A DNA stretch of 64,000 bases from an uncultured Rhodothermales bacterium (GTDB taxonomy: Bacteria; Bacteroidota; Rhodothermia; Rhodothermales; VXPQ01), in contig CAZKNF010000002.1 of NCBI GenBank assembly GCA_964554105.1, positions 1 to 64,000 of the forward strand, read 5' to 3'. Each line of letters begins with the position of its first letter. Position 1 is the stretch's first letter. A model generated the notes under the pieces. It saw nothing but the letters and a program-made list of their open reading frames with translations. It searched no databases and had not been told where the DNA came from. Below, in pieces: positions 28,456 to 38,563 of the stretch. The translations under genes were made by a program, and so were the position numbers.

Positions 28456-29031
28456 CTACGATTCATCATCTAGAATGTATATGTCGGGGAGATTCCGGGC
28501 GAGCTGTCCGTAGTCCAGGCCATATCCGATGACAAATCGATTCGGGATATTGAATCCAACGTAATGGAGCTCGACATCCGCCTCTGACGCCTCCTCTTTG
28601 TGAAGCAACGTGGCGATGCGCATCGATGCCGGGTCGTACGCACGAATCCGGTCCATTACGTAAGCCATCGACGTTCCCGTGTCGACGATATCCTCGACGA
28701 CGACGACGTGACGTCCTTCGAGATCGGCATCCAGCTTCTTCAATTCACGAACTTCGCCGCTGGATACCTTCTTCGCACCGTACGACGAGAGCTTCCAGAA
28801 GTCCACCTCGCACTCAATGTCGATCTCCCGCATCAGATCGGCCAGAAACATGAACGATCCGTTTAACACGCCGATTAAAATCGGCACGACATCTTCGTAG
28901 TCCGTTGAAATCTGCTGTCCGATCGACGCCACCCGCTTGCGAATCGTCTCTCGATCCAGATACAGGCGAAATCGCTCGCCGCGACATTCGACGTAACCTT
29001 CCTCGTGCGCGACGAAATTAGAATCGGGCAT
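28456..29031 (-). CDS. hpt: hypoxanthine phosphoribosyltransferase
   Basis: PRPP-binding motif VVVVEDIVDTGTSM and the Hpt N-terminal pattern. Confidence 0.85.
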   Translation of the reverse strand: MPDSNFVAHEEGYVECRGERFRLYLDRETIRKRVASIGQQISTDYEDVVPILIGVLNGSFMFLADLMREIDIECEVDFWKLSSYGAKKVSSGEVRELKKLDADLEGRHVVVVEDIVDTGTSMAYVMDRIRAYDPASMRIATLLHKEEASEADVELHYVGFNIPNRFVIGYGLDYGQLARNLPDIYILDDES

Positions 29032-29060
29032 GCAGAATCTCACTTGGGGTAGACGATTGA

Positions 29061-30491
29061 CTACGCCGCCGTCGATGAACTGTTTTCAGTTGGATGGAAT
29101 CGAAGCTGAGCGACGCGCCGGGTATCTGTGCGTACACGTACGGAGGCGGAAATCCGATATCCTATCACCCACACGATGGTATCATCCGCCTGAACCACCT
29201 GGACCCTCTGCTTGCGGTGCGGCGGGACCCCTTCATCCGTCAGAAAGTCGCTGATCTTCTTCTCGTCTCGCATCCCTAGCGGCACGAACCGGTCTCCGGG
29301 TCGCCAGCGTCGAATTATTAGCGGCGCTCTCAGACGGTCCGCATCCACATACTCCGCGTTTGATGATCCTGTATCGAGGTGATCCGGCAGATCGACGTCG
29401 GACAGGAGTACGACCGATCCCAGCGGCGTCTCGACCGGTGTATCAGCCTTCAGGATCGCTGAGTCGTCCAATTCGGCATCCTCCGACTGCCCCGGCGCAA
29501 AGAGCAACCTGCCTCGCTCTCGCCACACTTCTCCGGTCGGATGCTCCAGGCGTTTGCCTGGCTGCGATCTAATCAGCCGGTCGATTTCGGCAACCGTCGA
29601 CCTCGTGCCGCCGAGCCCCGGCAGCCATCTCCGAATTCCTTCAAGAATGACCCGGCCGCGCGTGACCTCATCCATAGAGCGCAGCGTGTCGAGATCCAGG
29701 GCAAAGCCGTCGACGCTCACGGATGCCGCAGCTTCGAACGCATCACGGAGATCCGCTGCGAGTCCGCTCTCGACGTATGCCCGCATCAGGTCCGCAGACC
29801 GCGCGATATTGGCAGTTACGGCCGGGCCGAAATACTCTCCGAGTTCCGGAAGGATTCGGCTCCGGAGAGCGCCGCGCTTGTAGACGACGGCCGTATTTGT
29901 CGCATCTTCTCGCCATTCGAGCCCAGTTTCACGCGCGTACGCTGTGATATCACGTCGATACAGGCATAGCAGCGGCCGAATAAGTGTAACGGGCGCATCC
30001 GGGTGAAGCCGGCGGGATGCCTGCATTCCTGCCAGCCCCTCGGGGCCGCTCCCTCGGAACAGGTTCAGCAGCACGGTCTCGACCTGGTCGTCACGGTGGT
30101 GTCCGACGGCCGCCGCCGGGATGTCCGCTTCCGCCGCTATGCCGGCGAACGCCTCATAGCGAAGGAGTCGCGCCGTTTCCTGGACGGACTCGCCGCGTGC
30201 GCCGGCCACGTGTCGGGTATCGAACCGGCGCACGTGTAGGGGGACCTTCCGATGCGCACACCAGGCTCGAACGAACGATTCATCACCGTCAGAAGCGCCT
30301 CCTCGCAACCGATAGTTGAGATGCGAGGCGGTGACATCGCAATCGAGGTGGAGCAAAATGTCGGCGAGCACCACAGAATCTACTCCGCCGCTCAATCCGA
30401 CGAGCACGCGTCGATCGTCGCCGAGGAGCGCATGCCGCTCGATATAATCGCGTACCTTTTCAACCTGCCGCTTCGTGGACATCCTCGCCAC
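29061..30491 (-). CDS. tilS: tRNA(Ile)-lysidine synthetase
   Basis: PP-loop VLVGLSGGVDSVVL near the N-terminus. 476 aa with TilS C-terminal domains. Confidence 0.85.
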   Translation of the reverse strand: MARMSTKRQVEKVRDYIERHALLGDDRRVLVGLSGGVDSVVLADILLHLDCDVTASHLNYRLRGGASDGDESFVRAWCAHRKVPLHVRRFDTRHVAGARGESVQETARLLRYEAFAGIAAEADIPAAAVGHHRDDQVETVLLNLFRGSGPEGLAGMQASRRLHPDAPVTLIRPLLCLYRRDITAYARETGLEWREDATNTAVVYKRGALRSRILPELGEYFGPAVTANIARSADLMRAYVESGLAADLRDAFEAAASVSVDGFALDLDTLRSMDEVTRGRVILEGIRRWLPGLGGTRSTVAEIDRLIRSQPGKRLEHPTGEVWRERGRLLFAPGQSEDAELDDSAILKADTPVETPLGSVVLLSDVDLPDHLDTGSSNAEYVDADRLRAPLIIRRWRPGDRFVPLGMRDEKKISDFLTDEGVPPHRKQRVQVVQADDTIVWVIGYRISASVRVRTDTRRVAQLRFHPTENSSSTAA

Positions 30492-30544
30492 GCTGTTCTG
30501 ATTTTGGGCGAATGCTTCTGGCCGCGCCGCTTGACCAAAGCGTC

Positions 30545-32365
30545 CTACCGACTAAATCGCTTGTCCAGTTCCTCGATTGGAATCTTCACGATGGTCGGAC
30601 GACCGTGCGGGCAGGCATAGGGCATCTCGCAGGCAAAAAGCTGATCGATCAAGGACCGCATTTCTTTCGGCGAGAGCCGCCCACCTGAGCGGATCGCACT
30701 GCGCCGTGCAATACTCCTGGCCAGATTCTCGCGGCTGTCGACCTTCACTCGCTGCCGATTAACCTTATACTGGGTGAGCACGTCCTCCAGAACGGTCCGC
30801 TCGTCGCCTGAGTGGATGTCGGCGGGTACGCCTCGAACCACGACGGATTGGCCGCTGAATGCTTCGACGTCAAATCCGAGCGCACGCAGATCGGGTAAAA
30901 GCTCCTTGAGCAGCGTCAGATCGGCATGCCCGAACTCGACCGTCTGCGGAAAGAGAAGCTGCTGCGACAGACCGAGACCGTTCTGCATGTTCAGCAGCGA
31001 GCGTTCATAAAGGATCCGCTCATGCGCCGCATTCTGATCCAGGATCATGAGCCCCGAGCGGATCTGCGTCAGGATATATTTATCATGAAGTTGCCAGAGC
31101 AGCGTGTCGTCGACGGTTGGACTGCGGTCGGAATCTTGGCCGGGAAGCGAAGTTTGCGTTGACGCATCGCCGAAAAGGCGATCTGACATCGCGCCCGGAG
31201 CCTGCGAGTAAAATGCTTCTCCGGATGTCTGATGACCGAACGGGCGAGCCTCGAACGAGGAATTCGAGCGAAACGAGGCGGGCATTTCCGTTGCAGACCA
31301 GTGCCCGTTGGCTTGGTCCATCTGGGGCGTCTGGAGTGCCGAGCCCAGACCTTTGCGGACGATGGACTTGAGGAAATTGTAGATGCCTCGGTCGTCGTCG
31401 AATTTGACCTCCGCCTTCGTCGGGTGAACATTCACGTCGACGCGTGACGGATCGAGCGTGAGGAAGAGTGCAAAAAATGGATAGGCTCCTTCAGGCAGCA
31501 GGTCATGGTACGCCGAAAAAATGGCGTGGTCGAGCGAACGGTTCCGCACGTACCGTCCGTTGACGAAGAGAAACTGCTCTCCTCGGCTCTTCTTGTGCAG
31601 CTCCGGCTCGCCGACGTACCCGCGCACGGTGAGATAGCTCGTCTGCTCCTCGACGGGTACGATGCGGTGTACGTGGTCGTCGTCGAAGAGCGAACGGATG
31701 CGGCCCTGAAGCCTCTCCATAAACCCGCCGTCCATTTCTGCGGGAAGACGGTGTAATTCCAGATCGTCGTGATGCAGAACGAACGCGATCGAGGGATTCG
31801 ACAGCGCAAGAAACTGAAACGTCTCGACGCAGTGCCTGAGCTCGGTAGCGGTTGTCTTCAGAAAGTTACGGCGGGCCGGCACGTTGTAGAAGAGATTGCG
31901 AACAGCGATGGAGGTGCCGTTCTTCGTAGCGCACGGCTCAGATGCCGCAATTTCGCTGCCGTCGATGCGCACGCAAAAACCGGCCGCATCGGCAGATCGT
32001 TTCGTCCGGAGCTCGACCTGAGAGACCGACGCGATCGACGCGAGCGCTTCGCCTCGAAATCCTAGCGTTCGGATCCGTTCGAGGTCTTCGATCGACGCGA
32101 TCTTGCTGGTTGCGTGGCGGCGGAAACATCCCTGCGCGTCTGCAGGGCTCATTCCCGAACCGGAATCGATCACCTGAATCAGCTCCGAACCGGCGCCCTT
32201 CAATAGAATCTCGATGGAATCAGCCCCGGCGTCAACGGCATTCTCGATCAGCTCTTTAAGCGCAGACGCCGGCCGCTGCACGACCTCCCCGGCCGCGATT
32301 TTGTTGGCCAGAGCATCCGGCATCAGTCGGATTAGGCTGTCCGGATCAGCGATTACGTCAGACAC
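30545..32365 (-). CDS. mutL: DNA mismatch repair protein MutL
   Basis: N-terminal GHKL ATPase motifs (IRLMPDALANKIAAGEVVQRPASALKELIENAVDAGA), 606 aa. GTG start preceded by GGGAG. Confidence 0.9.
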   Translation of the reverse strand: MSDVIADPDSLIRLMPDALANKIAAGEVVQRPASALKELIENAVDAGADSIEILLKGAGSELIQVIDSGSGMSPADAQGCFRRHATSKIASIEDLERIRTLGFRGEALASIASVSQVELRTKRSADAAGFCVRIDGSEIAASEPCATKNGTSIAVRNLFYNVPARRNFLKTTATELRHCVETFQFLALSNPSIAFVLHHDDLELHRLPAEMDGGFMERLQGRIRSLFDDDHVHRIVPVEEQTSYLTVRGYVGEPELHKKSRGEQFLFVNGRYVRNRSLDHAIFSAYHDLLPEGAYPFFALFLTLDPSRVDVNVHPTKAEVKFDDDRGIYNFLKSIVRKGLGSALQTPQMDQANGHWSATEMPASFRSNSSFEARPFGHQTSGEAFYSQAPGAMSDRLFGDASTQTSLPGQDSDRSPTVDDTLLWQLHDKYILTQIRSGLMILDQNAAHERILYERSLLNMQNGLGLSQQLLFPQTVEFGHADLTLLKELLPDLRALGFDVEAFSGQSVVVRGVPADIHSGDERTVLEDVLTQYKVNRQRVKVDSRENLARSIARRSAIRSGGRLSPKEMRSLIDQLFACEMPYACPHGRPTIVKIPIEELDKRFSR

Positions 32366-32432
32366 ACTTCTCCCGTTAATTCTACGGAGTGGACGAGCGA
32401 GAAGACCCGGCGATAGGGATCCGCTCGATGAT

Positions 32433-32639
32433 TCAACCCAGCTGGAGGTAGATGAAAAGGGCTAGCGCGAAAAGAATCGCGAAGATAATGATTCCGGCAG
32501 GGTTTCGACGCTTGCGACGTGAGAGGCTCTTGACCCGTATCCGTCGTCGCAGATCCTCGTCCTTCTTCGGATCATAGTAACGCGGCTCGTAGGAAAACCG
32601 CCTGTGCTTAGCCCGTGCTCGCGGCAGGAATATACTCAT
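32433..32639 (-). CDS. hypothetical small basic protein with C-terminal TM helix (68 aa)
   Basis: ATG ORF 67 bp upstream of mutL on the same strand. Highly basic N-terminus, hydrophobic C-terminus (GIIIFAILFALALFIYL). It is preceded by an AT-rich region. No homolog recognised. Confidence 0.3.
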   Translation of the reverse strand: MSIFLPRARAKHRRFSYEPRYYDPKKDEDLRRRIRVKSLSRRKRRNPAGIIIFAILFALALFIYLQLG

Positions 32640-32782
32640 GGTGCAGCGCGACTAAAGGCATCTCTATTTAGCGATAATTAGATACCAATTTTACCATTTG
32701 GATATGACACCGTTCCTTCACACCGCCCAATCCAAATTTGCCGCCACAAGCTCGGCCATCGGAATATTTCTAACGAACGTCG

Positions 32783-33682
32783 CTATGCTGCCAGCTGCAC
32801 GACATAGCGCAGATAGAGGTAGACTGCCGGAGCAACGAGGATCATCGAATCGAATCGGTCCAACATTCCCCCGTGCCCTGGAAGCAGTGAACCCGAATCC
32901 TTCACTCCCACCTGCCGCTTCATTTTACTTTGGGCGAGATCTGCGAGCTGCCCCAGAACACCACAGAGCAGTGCAATCGAGAGTACGTGAATCCACGCCA
33001 AAAACCCGAGCAAGGTGAGCTTGAGCACGACTCCGGCGGCGAGAGCGCTGACAACGCCACCGACCGTCCCCGCCCAGGTCTTTTTGGGCGAGATGGTGGG
33101 CGCGAGGGGCCGCTTTCCGATCGCACGTCCGACGAAGTAGGCGAACGTGTCGGTGGTCCACACAAGGACGAGCGTCGCGACCGTCAATGCGAATGCCTGC
33201 ACATCGTCGTCGAGTCCACCCAGTCCGCTGCGAATCTCGGCGAGAAATCCGAGCAGCAGGGTCGGGTAGATCACGCCAAACAGCGTGGCACCCATAGAAA
33301 CGGGTCCAGCCGCGGCTGCTGCATGGCTCGAGCGACCGTCCGGCTCCCCAGCATGTCCTTCCGACACATCTCCGAATAACCATTCGAACGGCGAGAGCAC
33401 CAGCGCCAGAACCAGAATCGCGAGAGCAATGCCTAGCGCAGGATCATACGCCTGGTGCAGCAGAATGAGTCCCCCCAGGGTCATTCCTAGTACGATCCTG
33501 GGCGCTGCACCGGCCGCCTGCAAAAGGCGGTACATCTCGAACTGCGCGAGCAACGCCAGAACAGCCACTAACGCGAGAAAGGGCCACCCGCCCACGTACG
33601 CCAACCCAAGGACGACCGGAATGCCGACCAGACCCGTCAGGATGCGCAGCAGATTATTCGACAAGCCGGCAATTCGATTCAA
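32783..33682 (-). CDS. cdsA: phosphatidate cytidylyltransferase
   Basis: CdsA C-terminal signature ...FAYFVGRAIGKRPLAPTISPKKTWAGTVGG... Polytopic, 299 aa. Confidence 0.85.
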   Translation of the reverse strand: MNRIAGLSNNLLRILTGLVGIPVVLGLAYVGGWPFLALVAVLALLAQFEMYRLLQAAGAAPRIVLGMTLGGLILLHQAYDPALGIALAILVLALVLSPFEWLFGDVSEGHAGEPDGRSSHAAAAAGPVSMGATLFGVIYPTLLLGFLAEIRSGLGGLDDDVQAFALTVATLVLVWTTDTFAYFVGRAIGKRPLAPTISPKKTWAGTVGGVVSALAAGVVLKLTLLGFLAWIHVLSIALLCGVLGQLADLAQSKMKRQVGVKDSGSLLPGHGGMLDRFDSMILVAPAVYLYLRYVVQLAA

Positions 33683-34065
33683 GCGGACGTATCGTCGTCT
33701 TCCTCATCCTCCTCCTCGGGCTTTGACAGGCGGATCGAGTCCGATCCGGAGTCCAGCATGGCCTCTCTGCGGGCATCGTGCGCCGGCGGCGCATCGGGAT
33801 CCGCACTCATCGCAGCTTCGGTGAGCTCTTCATCACTCAACGGCTCGCTCTCGAGCAGTTCGCGTGCCGCATCGACGTGGTCCGGTGGAACGAGCACGTT
33901 CACTTCCGCAAGATCACCGACGTTCAGGTTAAACGCATGGTCGCGCTGCGTCAGCACGACGGCTGGAACCCCGGCGTCGTCGAGACGATCTCGCACGAGA
34001 TCGCCTTCGTAGTCGGTGCCGCTCTGAAACACGACGATCCAGTCCTCATATGTGTCGTTTGCCAT
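33679..34065 (-). CDS. DUF2007-like small protein with acidic tail
   Basis: 128 aa, N-terminal βαβ-like region (WIVVFQSGTDYEGDLVRDRLDDAGVPAVV), C-terminal EEEDEEDDD tail. The stop overlaps the cdsA start (ATGA). Confidence 0.45.
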   Translation of the reverse strand: MANDTYEDWIVVFQSGTDYEGDLVRDRLDDAGVPAVVLTQRDHAFNLNVGDLAEVNVLVPPDHVDAARELLESEPLSDEELTEAAMSADPDAPPAHDARREAMLDSGSDSIRLSKPEEEDEEDDDTSA

Positions 34066-34133
34066 TCTGATTGCTCTCCTTAGTTCGGCTGGTGCTCGCT
34101 AGTTCGGCCGCGACTCATCGAATCGGCTGATTC

Positions 34134-35135
34134 CTAGTAACGCGCGGACGGCTCGCTTGTGTCCGTCCGCCTGTGCACCAGGCGCTGAAGTACCGTCATC
34201 GCTGCAGCGAAAATCAGCAGTCCCAGCGCGACGACGTACCACGGAATGTCCATGGTCTCTAAAGCATCCATGTCGAGCTCCGGCTGATTCGCAATGTATG
34301 CGCCGACCGCGATCGCGATCGCATTGTTGAGAAAATGGACGACGATCGCCGGCCAGAGACTTCCCGTTCGCCATGTCAGCCATGCCAGGTAGATACCTAG
34401 CACGCAGAGGGGAATAGCCTGGGTGAGACGAAGATGGTAGAGGCCGAACACGATGCCCGAAAGGAGAATCCCGGCGACGATTCCCGCGCCTCGCTCGAGC
34501 TGCCGCTGCACATACCCGCGAAACAGCAGCTCCTCGCAGAGTGCGGGCGTGATCGCGAGCACGACGAGATTGAAGACAAATCCGGTGTCCGCGCGAAGTA
34601 CTTGCTCGATTAACTCCATCTGAGATTGCTCAAACTGCCGAACAAACTCGGGCAGAGGAAGCGTCTCGTTTACAGACCCGAGCCACTGAATTAAGGGCGT
34701 CATCGCGATCAACCCGACCACGCCAAGCATGATGAAGGCGACATCGCTCGATCGAATTCGCAGGAATGGCCGAGGGCGGCTCGAATGCAGCCGTGCCAGA
34801 AGATAGGCCGGGAGTGCGAGCCCGAAAACCTGCCCGATCGTATTGGCGGTGAGCAGGGTGCGCGCATGTTCGTCGATGACGTCCGCCATGCCTTCGAGCA
34901 ACTGTTCGGGCGAGACGCCCTGCAAACTGAGCAGCAGCAGCGTTACGGCCGGACTGATCACGATTTGAAACAGAATAAAGGCGAGAATCAATCCGACCGC
35001 AGCCATGAGGAGTGGACCGATCCCCTTGCGCTCGAACCGGCCGTCCAGCGGAATTGGCGTATTGCGCTCCCAGCGGTCCGGCAGTGTCGGGGGCGTTGGC
35101 GCGGCAGAAAGTTCAGACTCAGACATAGGAGGCAA
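34134..35135 (-). CDS. CPBP-family (CAAX protease / Abi) intramembrane metalloprotease
   Basis: Motifs EELLFRGYV, FGLYH and HFLNN in a polytopic protein. Confidence 0.75.
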   Translation of the reverse strand: MPPMSESELSAAPTPPTLPDRWERNTPIPLDGRFERKGIGPLLMAAVGLILAFILFQIVISPAVTLLLLSLQGVSPEQLLEGMADVIDEHARTLLTANTIGQVFGLALPAYLLARLHSSRPRPFLRIRSSDVAFIMLGVVGLIAMTPLIQWLGSVNETLPLPEFVRQFEQSQMELIEQVLRADTGFVFNLVVLAITPALCEELLFRGYVQRQLERGAGIVAGILLSGIVFGLYHLRLTQAIPLCVLGIYLAWLTWRTGSLWPAIVVHFLNNAIAIAVGAYIANQPELDMDALETMDIPWYVVALGLLIFAAAMTVLQRLVHRRTDTSEPSARY

Positions 35136-35313
35136 TTCGCGGCAGGAACATCAGGATAGGACGATACGAACGCCTTCCATCAACGTCCACAAGATAGCCG
35201 GTCAGGATCGACCAATGTGAAGAAACCCGTCGAGTTCACCGGATCGATAGGCGGTTCGGCCGTCGTTCTCGCGGATCATACGCAGCAACGCAGGTGTAGA
35301 ATCCGCACAACAA

Positions 35314-35386
35314 GCGCCCGTAGCTCAGGGGACAGAGCGTCGGCCTCCGGAGCCGAAAGTCGCAGGTTCGAATCCTGCCGGGCGTA
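35314..35386 (+). tRNA. tRNA-Arg (anticodon CCG)
   Basis: Folds by hand into a cloverleaf. Acceptor GCGCCCG/CGGGCGT, D-arm GCTC/GAGC, anticodon stem TCGGC/GCCGA with loop CTCCGGA (CCG), T-arm GCAGG-TTCGAAT-CCTGC, discriminator A. No CCA encoded. Confidence 0.85.
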
Positions 35387-35438
35387 CTTGAGGGGCTGTC
35401 GCCATCGCTTGATACCGCCTTAGCCCAGGCCCGAGCGG

Positions 35439-36791
35439 CTACCGGAGCTCTTCGATCTCCTCAGCCCCTATTCCTGCTCTAACGGGCGACTCCCCGATTT
35501 CCTCGGGCTGGAGAAGCGCTCCCTCGGTCTGTGCCACGATCGATGCGACCGTCAAGTCACCGGTTATGTTGGTAACGGTCCGAAGCATGTCGAGCGGTCG
35601 ATCGACACCGATAATCAAGGCGATGCCGGCGGCAGGTATGCCGACCGCTTCCAGGATGATGATCAACATCACAATCCCCGCACTAGGTACGGCGGCGGTT
35701 CCTATAGAGGCCAACACGGCGGTGAGCACGATCGTAATCTGCGCGCCAATTCCGAGGCCGAGTCCCAGCGTCTGGGCGATGAAAACGGCCGCAATGGCCT
35801 GGTAGAGTCCCGTGCCGTCCATGTTGATCGTGGCGCCGAGCGGTAGTACAAACGAGGATACCTCCTCCGACACGCCGACATTCTTCTCGGCCACCTCCAT
35901 CGTGACCGGCAGAGTCGCCCCGCTCGACGACGTCGAGAAGGCTACGAGCTGCGCCGGCGCGATTGCAGGGAAAAATCGCCTGAGCGACAGCGGCGTAAAC
36001 AGCTTCAGCAGCAGCGGATAGGTGATCGTCGTATGAATGAACAGGCCGATGACGACCGCAAGCATGTAGTAGCCCAGCGCCGCGAGCAGCTCACCAATCT
36101 GTCCGATATTGTCTTGTGCGATCGATGTGATCGTGTCAGCCAGGAGCGCAAAAACGCCGATGGGTGCCGTGAGCATAATCAGCTCGACCAGCTTGATGAC
36201 CAGATCGTTCAGGCCGTCAAAAAAGATGATGAGCGGCTCCGCTTTCTGGCGCGGGATGAGCAGCAGGCCGATGCCGAAAAGAATCGCCACGAAAACGACC
36301 TGCAGCATGTCGGCGTTTTCTGATGCCGCCCCGAGAAAATTCTCAGGCACCATGTCGACCAGCGGCTGCAGCGGTCCACGCTCCCTGGCGCCCTCCGCGA
36401 GTAGCGTGGATTGCTCGACATCCCCCTCATACGCCTCCTGGAGCCGCGTGCGCATGTCCTCCGGCACGGCCCTCCCGGGCTGCATGACGTTCACGACCGT
36501 CAGGCCGATGAGGAGCGCGATTACGGTCGTGCCGAGATAAATTCCAATCGTTTTTCCGCCGATACGAGACAATTTTTTCAGATCGGACAGCGACGCCACC
36601 CCTGTGATCAGCGAAGCGATGATCAGCGGCACCGCGATCAGCTTCAGCAAATTCAAAAAGATCGTCCCGAAGGGCGCAATCCAGTCGGACGTAAACTGGC
36701 TCCATCCCGCCGCAGCCGCGACGATCCCGAAAGCCAGACCCAGAACGAGTCCGATGACGATCTGCCAGTGTAGCTGTTTGTACCAGTCCAT
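35439..36791 (-). CDS. dicarboxylate/amino acid:cation symporter (DAACS family, GltP-like)
   Basis: 450 aa polytopic. N-terminus MDWYKQLHWQIVIGLVLGLAFG and the conserved DAACS HP2/TM8 region. Confidence 0.85.
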   Translation of the reverse strand: MDWYKQLHWQIVIGLVLGLAFGIVAAAAGWSQFTSDWIAPFGTIFLNLLKLIAVPLIIASLITGVASLSDLKKLSRIGGKTIGIYLGTTVIALLIGLTVVNVMQPGRAVPEDMRTRLQEAYEGDVEQSTLLAEGARERGPLQPLVDMVPENFLGAASENADMLQVVFVAILFGIGLLLIPRQKAEPLIIFFDGLNDLVIKLVELIMLTAPIGVFALLADTITSIAQDNIGQIGELLAALGYYMLAVVIGLFIHTTITYPLLLKLFTPLSLRRFFPAIAPAQLVAFSTSSSGATLPVTMEVAEKNVGVSEEVSSFVLPLGATINMDGTGLYQAIAAVFIAQTLGLGLGIGAQITIVLTAVLASIGTAAVPSAGIVMLIIILEAVGIPAAGIALIIGVDRPLDMLRTVTNITGDLTVASIVAQTEGALLQPEEIGESPVRAGIGAEEIEELR

Positions 36792-36809
36792 AGGGATGCT
36801 CTGGGGAAT

Positions 36810-37787
36810 CTAGAATCGCCAGCTGAGGGAGGCCAACAGCTGCGGCTCGTTCATGACATCATAGCTCAAATTAATACCCGCGTCGAGCCTGTCGTTGTGC
36901 AGCTTCGCCGTAATGGCCGCGTCGATCGCAGCAACGACGTGGTTCAAGACGATGAGTGCCGAGACGCGGGAGGCCCTGCGCAGGAGCGTGTTCGCATCGG
37001 CATGCTCTTCAGCGTACTCCCGAAATCGGCCCTGTACGTTCGGCTTCGACCCTCCGGGTCCCGTTAGCTCCGGATCGATCGCTTCGGTGAATTCACCGGC
37101 CTCCTTCCAGGTGGGATAATCGGCCCATCCCGGAGCGAACTGAAAGTATTTACCAATCAGCTCATAATACTGCTGCTCGGCAAAGTACGGAAGCTTATGG
37201 GAGAACGAGGCACCGGTCTCCGGATGAAACACCCGTTCCTCGACACTTCGCACTTCGTTGAAAAAGTCCCGCACCGACTGCCGCTCCTGCGACGTCCACG
37301 ATCCCGGAGATGAAAAATCAATGGCCCCCGGAGGCGCGATCGTGGCTGCGTTGATCGTCGCCCCGTGCTCCTCTTCAAGAAAAACCACATAGTCGTTGAG
37401 CCAGCTCGCATACCGGCTCGGATCCCAGTGCTCGTGGGCATACACCTTGTAATCCGCCTCTGCATCTCGCCCCCTCGATCGCCACACGAAATAACTTGCC
37501 GCCATCGCACCTTCCAGTGCCACGGCGACCACGCCCTTTATCCATTGCTGATTGTAGAACTGACCGGCACCTGGTACAACCGCGGAAAGTCCGAATCCCA
37601 GCGCAACGTGGCGCGACTCGGCCGGTGCGGATGGTCGAACCAGCAGGTCGTCGAACAGAAGCGCTGATCGCATTTCTGCTCGCGAGGCAGGTCCGGCGGC
37701 AGACGAATCGGCCATGGGAGTCATTGCGATTGCACCGGCCACCGGCGCGAGCACTGCAATAAGCAGAGCGAAAAGCTTGATCAGCAC
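36810..37787 (-). CDS. hypothetical secreted protein, DUF5683-like
   Basis: Signal peptide. The motif ...SAVVPGAGQFYNQQWIKG... resembles the PG(L/A)GQ(I/F)YN signature recalled for Bacteroidota DUF5683 proteins. Confidence 0.4.
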   Translation of the reverse strand: MLIKLFALLIAVLAPVAGAIAMTPMADSSAAGPASRAEMRSALLFDDLLVRPSAPAESRHVALGFGLSAVVPGAGQFYNQQWIKGVVAVALEGAMAASYFVWRSRGRDAEADYKVYAHEHWDPSRYASWLNDYVVFLEEEHGATINAATIAPPGAIDFSSPGSWTSQERQSVRDFFNEVRSVEERVFHPETGASFSHKLPYFAEQQYYELIGKYFQFAPGWADYPTWKEAGEFTEAIDPELTGPGGSKPNVQGRFREYAEEHADANTLLRRASRVSALIVLNHVVAAIDAAITAKLHNDRLDAGINLSYDVMNEPQLLASLSWRF

Positions 37788-37822
37788 AACACCCCCGGAT
37801 TAGACGTTATAGCGAAAAGGAT

Positions 37823-38509
37823 TCAAAGTCCGGTGCTCGCAAGTCCATCGTTCAAATGCGGCATGACCATCCGCTCGAAAGTCCCATAGTCCTGAGCCCC
37901 CAGTACGAAATCGCGGACAATGCCGGCGCGGTCTATCACGTAGCTTGTCGGCCGCATCTCGAGTGTTCGACGATACGGATCGGGAAGATTCCCGCGGCGG
38001 TCGACGTAGCCGCTCACCGTCTGCAGCGGAAGCCGATCTTGAAAATCGATAAGCACCTCTCGCGCCTCGTCCGAAATCGTAATGACCGTCAGCCCGGCAT
38101 CTGCATAGGCCTCGTGCAGTTCGTTCAAATCCGGAAGCTCCTGAAGACAGGGCGCACACCACGTAGCCCAGAAATTGATCAGTACTACGTCACCGCGGTA
38201 GCGTTCGAGCTCTACCGTCTCATCCGAATCGACAAGTCGAAACGAGAAGTTTGGCGCTGGCGCATCGAGCTCTTCGTCGGTCAGATGGGGTCCTTCAGGA
38301 ATTACAAAACTCTCGCCCGATTCCACGCGCATCGTAACAAACAGCAGCAGACCGGCTGCGGCAACGAGCACCAGGGACAGGATGACACCCAATCGGTCGG
38401 TCACGTCGTCCGGAAGCAGCCGCCCCGTTCTTCGGTAGACGAACACGACGAAGCCAACGCCGACGGCGAGCATCAGGAAGACAAAGGCGTAGACAAGTGT
38501 ATAGCTCAT
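37823..38509 (-). CDS. TlpA-like thiol:disulfide oxidoreductase (thioredoxin fold)
   Basis: N-terminal membrane anchor and the active site FWATWCAPC. Confidence 0.75.
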   Translation of the reverse strand: MSYTLVYAFVFLMLAVGVGFVVFVYRRTGRLLPDDVTDRLGVILSLVLVAAAGLLLFVTMRVESGESFVIPEGPHLTDEELDAPAPNFSFRLVDSDETVELERYRGDVVLINFWATWCAPCLQELPDLNELHEAYADAGLTVITISDEAREVLIDFQDRLPLQTVSGYVDRRGNLPDPYRRTLEMRPTSYVIDRAGIVRDFVLGAQDYGTFERMVMPHLNDGLASTGL

Positions 38510-38563
38510 GGTTGCGCGTACCTCCGGCTTTCCAATACCGGTGAATCGAATGCTGCAGCTTGA

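Noticed and set aside
35217-35423. 68-aa ORF overlapping the tRNA-Arg
   Set aside because: It overlaps a well-formed tRNA gene on the same strand, so it is a chance ORF.
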